Positions 57,724-64,000 of a stretch of DNA of 64,000 bases are shown here, one piece after another (the stretch's first letter is position 1; the number at the start of each line of letters is the position of its first letter). The notes under the pieces were generated by a model. That model was given only the letters and a program-made list of their open reading frames with translations. It was not told the DNA's origin and did no database searches. The translations under genes were made by a program, and so were the position numbers. This DNA comes from an uncultured virus (IMG/VR IMGVR_UViG_3300029268_000005) (Duplodnaviria; Heunggongvirae; Uroviricota; Caudoviricetes), in the IMG/VR virus record IMGVR_UViG_3300029268_000005. One strand, 5' to 3'.

Positions 57724-58099
57724 AAGCGTCGAAGAGAGGAATCAGGGCGGGCTCTAACAAGCGCACCGAGTCCAGAGGGCGTCGTTTCCTACGACGGGCG
57801 CAATACAGAATCATTCCAAGCCAATAGCGAATTGTAGTGCCTGTGCCTACAGCGTGCTTAACATCGGCTAGAGCCTTCAAGAGATCGTTAAGACTGTCGC
57901 TGGTGATTGGCTCTTTGTCTTCAGCCATCTCTGTGTACGGGTCGAATGGCACAAACGTGCTACCACAATAGAACGTGAACTCCAGTGTTCCGGCCGGGCC
58001 AACATTCCAGTCCAGATCACCCTGCATATTGGCTGATGCTGTTACCAGCAGCAGGTCATTGACAAAGTCGCTATCAGTGCGGGTCTTGCGAATTGTCAT
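57638..58099 (-). CDS. Hypothetical phage protein
   Basis: ORF tiling. Confidence 0.6.
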   Translation of the reverse strand: MTIRKTRTDSDFVNDLLLVTASANMQGDLDWNVGPAGTLEFTFYCGSTFVPFDPYTEMAEDKEPITSDSLNDLLKALADVKHAVGTGTTIRYWLGMILYCARRRKRRPLDSVRLLEPALIPLFDACGPATVSEASSVIRRNLDEAAEIRGRRS

Positions 58100-58565
58100 C
58101 TTCGTTGTCCTCAGCGGCTGGTGTGATTAGGCCGCACAATACGGCCTTGTTGTAGATGTCATCCTTGTAACGTTCGAGACAGAACTCAAAGCTCAACTCG
58201 TCATCTGTATCAAGTTCAGACGACCACACCGGGAAGTCATCGATGTGGATTGCTGCCTCGAATCTGGACAGATGGACTGTGACCATTGGAATGGCGCCTC
58301 GATAGGCGTTACGATCCAGCCAACTCTGCAGCATGTGCGCGATGGCGGCCATATGCTTGCTGTCAGCCTGTCCTACATACAGGTTGTCTATGCCGCGTCG
58401 ATTGATGACTTCCTGAGCTTTCTCCGTCGGATAATCTGCATCGTTGTCGTAGGCCTCTGACTCTTGATTGTTCGACATGTTGGTGCTCCTGCCTATACGG
58501 AAGGTATGACGCAGAAAATCGTACCGGCAACGTCGCTGACGCACAGTACTCATTGTTACAGACAA
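58074..58565 (-). CDS. Acidic hypothetical protein (true start probably ~58478)
   Basis: AGGAG upstream of MSNNQES. Confidence 0.55.
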   Translation of the reverse strand: MSVTMSTVRQRRCRYDFLRHTFRIGRSTNMSNNQESEAYDNDADYPTEKAQEVINRRGIDNLYVGQADSKHMAAIAHMLQSWLDRNAYRGAIPMVTVHLSRFEAAIHIDDFPVWSSELDTDDELSFEFCLERYKDDIYNKAVLCGLITPAAEDNEDDNSQDPH

Positions 58566-58609
58566 TCAGCGACACAGGTATAGCTACAGTGCTATTGCAG
58601 TGTATGACC

Positions 58610-58647
58610 AAAGAAAAGGCCCTACCGCCATCCGTGACGGTAGGGCC
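58610..58647 (-). terminator. Rho-independent terminator
   Basis: GGCCCTACCG..CGGTAGGGCC hairpin followed by TTTTCTTTT on the minus strand. Confidence 0.7.
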
Positions 58648-58672
58648 ATCTGCGTTCCATCGCTCCACCCCT

Positions 58673-59713
58673 CTAGTCGACTCCGTCGACGCTTACACTT
58701 CGAAGGGCCAGATTCTCATGAACAGAGTACCAGCCCTTAATGTTCAGCGGGGCGTGCTGTATATGATGCACGGACGGGTTCAGCACAAATAGGCCGTTAT
58801 CGCACAAAGCGATTTCGCTAGCCTCTAGGTTGTGTGCATTGCCGATCAGATTCTTTCTGGGCAAAATAGCTGCGTAAACCTTTAGAGTAATCTCAGGCGC
58901 AGCCTCAAACTCTATGAGGCGTCGCGTGAGGTCCGGCTTTTTGCACGGCACAAAGAACCACTCGCCCTGCCGTACCACGCCGGCCTTGCCAATAGCCTGT
59001 GCCGGCATCAGCACCTTGTAAGCCTCGGCAATGGACGCTGCCGGTGCCGGAAGCTCACAGCCAAAGTACGTATCCTCGTCACGACCGAACAGGAAATGGG
59101 CTCCCTTGCTGTCGCGTACCAGCACACTGCCAGCTCTGTGCCATCTCGGTGTACTGCGTGAGCTAGAGCGAACAATCGTGAAACCGGCCGCTGGAGGCTT
59201 CGGTATCTTGGCATCTGTGCATGCTTTGAATTCATCGTTTGTGAAATCAACGACGCGCAGCTTACCGCTGACGAGTGCATCATCAGCTTTGTACTTGAAG
59301 AATTGCTGCAGACAGTTCAACGACAGTGATGTTGCAGCTACACCGTCGATCGTAGTAAGGCCTACAGTGTCCGCATTGTGCAAAAGCATACGACGATGGC
59401 CACAAGACTTGGGTGCCTTTACGACCACAAAGTCGGCACCCCAGCGTGGAAGACGATGCTCGACATCAAGCGCAGTAGCCCAGGGACGGTACATCATCCA
59501 ACCACGACCGTTGTGAATAACAACACCCAGGCCGTTGTCAGAATAGACACCGACGTTACGACCAGCCGCCACAGGGCTTGTCATCGTGCCGTCAAGGCAC
59601 TTTGCCAGTGTCATCCGCTGTGTGTACTTCTTGTGTAACGCAGCCGACAGCTTGTCGGCCTGAGCACGGCCGCGAAAAGTGCACAAATCAATCTTTGGTA
59701 ATGCTCTTGGCAT
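58673..59713 (-). CDS. Hypothetical protein, paralog A (RQGEWF / HxxH family)
   Basis: WHRAGS, GRDEDTYFGCELP, RQGEWFFVP, GNAH, HIQH, ends RSVSVDGVD. Confidence 0.75.
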   Translation of the reverse strand: MPRALPKIDLCTFRGRAQADKLSAALHKKYTQRMTLAKCLDGTMTSPVAAGRNVGVYSDNGLGVVIHNGRGWMMYRPWATALDVEHRLPRWGADFVVVKAPKSCGHRRMLLHNADTVGLTTIDGVAATSLSLNCLQQFFKYKADDALVSGKLRVVDFTNDEFKACTDAKIPKPPAAGFTIVRSSSRSTPRWHRAGSVLVRDSKGAHFLFGRDEDTYFGCELPAPAASIAEAYKVLMPAQAIGKAGVVRQGEWFFVPCKKPDLTRRLIEFEAAPEITLKVYAAILPRKNLIGNAHNLEASEIALCDNGLFVLNPSVHHIQHAPLNIKGWYSVHENLALRSVSVDGVD

Positions 59714-59743
59714 TTATATACCTGTTGGAGATGAGGTGATGGA

Positions 59744-60925
59744 CTAGTCAACGCCTTCGACACTGACGCTACGAACAGCGGTATTCTTGTGGAACGACAC
59801 CCAGCCGTTCTGCACATTAACAGTGCTATGATCCATGTGCCTTAGCATTGGATTGTACGCGTACACAACACCGTCACGGCCAACCAACACGTTCCTTGAC
59901 AAGATGCTGTGTACGTTGCCGCCAATGTCATCTCTTGGTAGTGACAAGAAAGCAGCTTCGGCGTTGTCTGGCGTATGATAGCAGAGGGCGCACTCCGATT
60001 CCTCTGGCGGACGATCAACCGGCAGCATGAACCATTCGCCCTGACGAAGCACGCCTGACCGGTCTTGTACTGCCTCAGGCATCAGAACACTGAAAGCCTC
60101 GGATATGGTAGTAGCAGCTTCCGGCAACTCACAGCCAAAGTACTGCCCCTCATCCTGTCCGATCAAATAGTACTTGTCCTTCTTCTTGTGATGAAGAACA
60201 ATGGAGCCAGACCTGTGCCAGAAGGGTGTATTGGCGTCGATCAATGTGAAGCCGGCATACGGCGGCTTGGGTTGTTCGGAGGCAGGTATTGGAGCCTTTT
60301 TGTACTTTTTCAATGTGGCCAAGGCCGATGCGGTCAAGTTGATGCGCTCATCGCTCGTGTAATCACGAATGATGAGTTCACCGTTGTACAGCAGTTTGTC
60401 GACTTTCTCAGATTCGATCTTCAACAGCTCGGCTACACACTGGAAAGACAGATAGACGTACGGCGTCGTATCCGATAGCCAGCTGCCGAAATCGGCGTTA
60501 TCGGAATCATCAGCGTCAAACACGCAGATGTACTTCCACGACTTGTGTCGTGCCGGCGCTAGAGCCACAACCCCGCAGGCGTTCATCCTGCCTTCTTTAC
60601 TGATGTCACGAGCAAACTCGACGTCCAACCAGTGCGAATCGCCGAAGTGCAACGCTCCATCCGTATCGACATGAAATGTCATAGCGTGCACAGTTTGCGA
60701 ACTGGCAAACAAAGAATGTCGACCGGACTTGAGGGGGCCGCGTTTTCCCGTGCGTAGGAACTTGTAAAAGTCACATGCCTCCTGGTAGTTGACTCGCTCA
60801 CGTGCCGTCAGGTTGTCAAAGACCTTACAGGTTGAAAAGAGCCTGAGATCCATGTCGGCCAGCTTTGCTTTACTCATCAAACATTCTCCCGTATAAACCC
60901 TTGTAGAACGACACCACATAATCAA
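59744..60925 (-). CDS. Hypothetical protein, paralog B
   Basis: WHRSGS, GQDEGQYFGCELP, RQGEWFMLP, GNVH, HMDH, ends RSVSVEGVD. Confidence 0.75.
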   Translation of the reverse strand: MIMWCRSTRVYTGECLMSKAKLADMDLRLFSTCKVFDNLTARERVNYQEACDFYKFLRTGKRGPLKSGRHSLFASSQTVHAMTFHVDTDGALHFGDSHWLDVEFARDISKEGRMNACGVVALAPARHKSWKYICVFDADDSDNADFGSWLSDTTPYVYLSFQCVAELLKIESEKVDKLLYNGELIIRDYTSDERINLTASALATLKKYKKAPIPASEQPKPPYAGFTLIDANTPFWHRSGSIVLHHKKKDKYYLIGQDEGQYFGCELPEAATTISEAFSVLMPEAVQDRSGVLRQGEWFMLPVDRPPEESECALCYHTPDNAEAAFLSLPRDDIGGNVHSILSRNVLVGRDGVVYAYNPMLRHMDHSTVNVQNGWVSFHKNTAVRSVSVEGVD

Positions 60926-61272
60926 TGACTACAGATTTGTGCTGCCTGTGGCGTACTGAACAAATCCATATAGTCACATTCGTAAATGTCATTGCCGGCC
61001 TTCACCCAGCAAATGTCCAACATAAGTGCGTGTATCCGCCAAGGGCCGTACACATTACCTTTGCTTAGGAACCACACCGATCGATCCGGATAGGCTAGCT
61101 CGCCGTCGCCAAGCAACTTGTAGTACAGCTCGGACTTCTCGGTTATGTCCTTTATGGCGTCTACGTCGCTCAGATCGAGCGCTATGTCTTCCGGATAGTT
61201 GCCAAGCTGATTGTCATACATCAGCGTTTTCAGCTGTTCGATGTTGTCTGAAAAGCTGCGTAGACTACTCAT
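60922..61272 (-). CDS. Hypothetical protein
   Basis: ORF tiling. Confidence 0.55.
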   Translation of the reverse strand: MSSLRSFSDNIEQLKTLMYDNQLGNYPEDIALDLSDVDAIKDITEKSELYYKLLGDGELAYPDRSVWFLSKGNVYGPWRIHALMLDICWVKAGNDIYECDYMDLFSTPQAAQICSH

Positions 61273-61618
61273 TGAGGTCCAATCTATTTATGATGGTCAG
61301 CTTCATAACACCACCAGTCACTTTGACAGTGGCGTGACCCTCATGATCGTGTGGACAGCATTTACCAAGCTCGTACTTGACTATCAACGTTGAATGGTGC
61401 TGTGGAATAACAGCACATGTGACGTAACGTCGACCACACTGCTTGCAGAATCCAGGCAACCGTGCCAGCCATCTACGCCACAGAGACAGCGGCGCCTCTA
61501 CGGGTACGAACTTCACGGGCTCAATAAGCCAGTTCATTGCATTGGCCGTGAAAAACACGAACACAGGTATCTCAGGATCACGCAATCGCTGATTAACCTC
61601 GTACTGCTCTCTGCTCAT
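61265..61618 (-). CDS. Hypothetical protein (start after the tRNA, MSREQ)
   Basis: AAGGAG upstream of the ATG at 61618; the longer ORF call overlaps the tRNA. Confidence 0.5.
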   Translation of the reverse strand: MSREQYEVNQRLRDPEIPVFVFFTANAMNWLIEPVKFVPVEAPLSLWRRWLARLPGFCKQCGRRYVTCAVIPQHHSTLIVKYELGKCCPHDHEGHATVKVTGGVMKLTIINRLDLNE

Positions 61619-61638
61619 GACGTACTCCTTGTTGTCAA

Positions 61639-61712
61639 TCGGACCGGGGGGACTCGAACCCACGACCAAGAAATTATGAGTTTCCTGCTCTAACCAACTG
61701 AGCTACGGTCCG
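61639..61712 (-). tRNA. tRNA with CAT anticodon, Ile2 (lysidine)-like
   Basis: CGGACCG TA GCTC AGTTGGTTA GAGC A GGAAA CTCATAA TTTCT TGGTC GTGGG TTCGAGT CCCCC CGGTCCG A. Confidence 0.9.
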
Positions 61713-61717
61713 TGCTG

Positions 61718-62065
61718 CTAGCTAGTGTATGTGCCATCAGGCGATATGTGCGCATACATAGAGTGAACAGCCATGAACTCGATATCGAAGCTTTCGTACA
61801 CGTGTCCACGCAGTTCAGGGCCCATAGGCCCTGCAAACTCTGTCCGTATGCGTACGCATGTCAGACATGTGCGATAAGAATGGAAGTAGCCATCGAACTT
61901 ACCTGCCGACCGTTCGTAGGTTTCTCCCGGCGCAATCATATTACGGCAGGCGCAGCATGTGTGCGGCTTACGGGCCTTAACAAGATCTGCATTGAAGAAC
62001 TGCCACGAGCCGTCATAATCCATCTGCATGCCGCTAACCAGCGTCTTCATACGACAGACTCGCAA
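61718..62065 (-). CDS. Small Zn-binding phage protein
   Basis: KARKPHTCCAC...I.PGETY...CLTC. Confidence 0.7.
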   Translation of the reverse strand: MRVCRMKTLVSGMQMDYDGSWQFFNADLVKARKPHTCCACRNMIAPGETYERSAGKFDGYFHSYRTCLTCVRIRTEFAGPMGPELRGHVYESFDIEFMAVHSMYAHISPDGTYTS

Positions 62066-62619
62066 TTAGCGCTAATTAAATTGGCCACGGGTTCCACCTC
62101 GTGCAGTTCGCGGCCATTGTCGTCCCTGGCGGACAATATCGGCGCAGTGGTCATGGGCCACGAAATGTTCAGCAGCTTGTCATTCCAGGCAAGCACGCGT
62201 TCGAACTCGGCAAACTGGAAGTCCGTTGACTTGTAGTGCACGATTGACGGACAAATAGCGCAGAAGCCGTGTGCAAAGCCGGGCGGTACATATAGCTGAT
62301 GTCTGTTTTCGCTGCTGAGTGTATAACCGACCCAGCAGCCAAACGACGGGCTGTTCTCACGCAGATCCACCACTACGTCAAAGATGTGGCCCTGCAGCAC
62401 TTGTACGAGCTTGCCTTGTGGTCGCTGTGTCTGATAGTGCAATCCGCGAATCACGTTGGCCTTGGACACGCTGATGCTGTCCTGTACGAAATGGACATTG
62501 AGACCCATGTCGCTATAGCGCTTCTCGTTATAGGTCTCAACAAACGATCCACGATTGTCCGGATATACATCCGGCTTGATAAGCAAGACGCCATCAAATT
62601 CCTTTTGCTGTACGATCAC
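62047..62619 (-). CDS. rmlC: dTDP-4-dehydrorhamnose 3,5-epimerase
   Basis: DNRGSFVE, FVQD, IRGLHYQ, QGKLV, DVVVDLR.NSPSFG, YVPPGFAHGF, YK. Confidence 0.96.
   Translation of the reverse strand: MIVQQKEFDGVLLIKPDVYPDNRGSFVETYNEKRYSDMGLNVHFVQDSISVSKANVIRGLHYQTQRPQGKLVQVLQGHIFDVVVDLRENSPSFGCWVGYTLSSENRHQLYVPPGFAHGFCAICPSIVHYKSTDFQFAEFERVLAWNDKLLNISWPMTTAPILSARDDNGRELHEVEPVANLISANCESVV
62064..62078. repeat. Palindrome copy 5 (AATTAGCGCTAATTA) at the rmlC 3' end
   Basis: Read directly; 14-bp core intact. Confidence 0.85.
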
Positions 62620-63025
62620 TATTACTTACTCCTGCTGCAGACAATGCAGTCGTTAAGAACATGCGGAATGGGTCTGGCTGCGGATCTAACGGCTTACCGT
62701 CGTCTTCTATTAGGAAAGACGCAGGTATCAGTGCATCAGGGCAATGCCAGATATAACAGCGACCATTTTTATCCACCGCCTTGCGCGGAGCTATCATCTC
62801 AAGCTGCTGTAGTCGCCGAGCTAGTTCATCAACAAGCGTCGATAATCCAACGACACAGTCCACAGTTGTGCCGCCTGCCGCAAGCAGCTGTCCGACGACG
62901 TTGTTGTGTTTTGCCACAGCCAGTAGCCTAGGGTCAGTCGCCATGCGGCTCTCCTTGTACAGCGTGATGCTCATCGTCCTGAGCTCTGAAGTGCCAGTTT
63001 GGATGTCTACGCTGCATCCAAGCAA
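62594..63025 (-). CDS. Hypothetical protein (true start probably ~62944)
   Basis: ORF tiling. Confidence 0.5.
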   Translation of the reverse strand: MLGCSVDIQTGTSELRTMSITLYKESRMATDPRLLAVAKHNNVVGQLLAAGGTTVDCVVGLSTLVDELARRLQQLEMIAPRKAVDKNGRCYIWHCPDALIPASFLIEDDGKPLDPQPDPFRMFLTTALSAAGVSNSDRTAKGI

Positions 63026-63317
63026 TCATGGCGTAGTTGGCAATATTGAGCAGATGCTCTGCATTGCCTGTTGTCTGGAATAGATTAGCCTCGTTGATGA
63101 GCGAAGCTATATTGTCGTTCCGTGACTCGGCCACGTAGCCGTAGCGCAAGAAGCCAAGTATCATACGCCGTAGTCGATGTTCTTCGAACTCCAGCGACCA
63201 CTCTGTTTTCTTTAGCTCGTCTATGTCCGACGACAACGGTGTGTACGGATAAGCGCATAAAGCGTTAACTGCGTGTTGTCGTAAGGCTTCTGTGACAGTT
63301 AGCGATGGTCTGGCCAT
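62934..63317 (-). CDS. Conserved phage hypothetical, all-alpha (possibly NTP-pyrophosphatase-like)
   Basis: EF...R..RM..G..RYG...TGN.EHL.NIANYAMI. Confidence 0.55.
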   Translation of the reverse strand: MARPSLTVTEALRQHAVNALCAYPYTPLSSDIDELKKTEWSLEFEEHRLRRMILGFLRYGYVAESRNDNIASLINEANLFQTTGNAEHLLNIANYAMIAWMQRRHPNWHFRAQDDEHHAVQGEPHGD

Positions 63318-63511
63318 TGATTGCCTCTGCTAGCTTGCTCGTAATCGTCGCACGGTTCGCCTGGAAACATACAAAAGCAATCTACAGCACCGAGCCTGAC
63401 CATGTCAGCCAGGGCGTTAGGATGTGTGCAGCGCACAATAGGCAGCAGATCTGGACCCACATCGAGCTCAGACCATCTACACGAACAGGCACCGTCAAGC
63501 ATTGATGGCAT
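63299..63511 (-). CDS. Small Cys-rich hypothetical protein
   Basis: ORF tiling. Confidence 0.45.
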   Translation of the reverse strand: MPSMLDGACSCRWSELDVGPDLLPIVRCTHPNALADMVRLGAVDCFCMFPGEPCDDYEQASRGNQWPDHR

Positions 63512-63520
63512 TGTGTTGAC

Positions 63521-63802
63521 CTAGAAAGCTGCATAAGCTGCCGAAAAGTCGCGCGTCAAAATGGCCTGCAGCGCCTCAGGTACGGTAAGGAAGAACATAT
63601 ATCGTTCGTCCCACACGTAGGCCTTTATAATGCCTTCAGCCGTACGATCCAAAGTATGATCAGCCACATGACGCAGCATACGATAGCCTTCCTTGCCGTG
63701 CCGTGTGTCACGGGTAAGCATGAAAGTCTCGTCATTGTTGTGGTCAACGACGTCCATATCTATATTCGGCACTGACCCTATCACCGTCGGAATCGATTGC
63801 AT
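63521..63802 (-). CDS. Hypothetical protein
   Basis: ORF. Confidence 0.5.
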   Translation of the reverse strand: MQSIPTVIGSVPNIDMDVVDHNNDETFMLTRDTRHGKEGYRMLRHVADHTLDRTAEGIIKAYVWDERYMFFLTVPEALQAILTRDFSAAYAAF

Positions 63803-64000
63803 ATTGCGCCCTTGATGTTGAGTTGTCTTACAGCAGTAAGAGTGCCAACCACCACAACCAGGTCATATCGTCATCAGCGTCCCTTGATGATGCTGACGGT
63901 GTATCGTTGGCCTCCGGATAAAAGCACGACGGCGGAAGCGGCGGCGGTTTAGGTTTGACGAGGTTTTCTGGTGGAGGGCCGTTGATCATTTCTTGTACCT

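Noticed and set aside
1..64000. Stop-codon reassignment
   Set aside because: Genes tile densely in the standard code, TAA, TAG and TGA all end recognisable genes at expected positions, and no suppressor tRNA was seen

Overview
This window looks like part of a large ('jumbo'-type) bacteriophage genome, not a host chromosome. Essentially all credible genes lie head-to-tail on the minus strand, most are short hypotheticals, and tRNAs are scattered among them. Left part (~1-26 kb): a probable virion/late module. It encodes a divergent multisubunit RNA polymerase in an unusual two-gene layout (beta fused to the N-terminal catalytic half of beta'; the C-terminal half of beta' separate), interrupted by four LAGLIDADG inteins. 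It also holds glycine-zipper proteins, a GT-D-like glycosyltransferase, a 2H-phosphoesterase/kinase/LigD-phosphoesterase/ATP-ligase fusion, and a holin-like + membrane PAS pair. Many of these proteins carry recurrent K-x-A motifs, often at domain boundaries, which may be head-protease sites. Right part (~27-64 kb): accessory genes. These include csrA (missed by the ORF track), a Ycf46-like AAA+ cluster, a PurA-like/vWA/J-pseudokinase/RyR cluster, an IS110/Nop-like protein lacking RuvC, a dispersed rmlA/B/C/D set, three tRNAs, and a complete prokaryotic ubiquitin-like operon (Ubl-E2-JAB-E1). The palindrome TAATTAGCGCTAATTA recurs five times (one copy differs at one end). Gene content suggests a Planctomycetota-like host (inference). 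All family calls come from motif recognition by eye; no database search was run.
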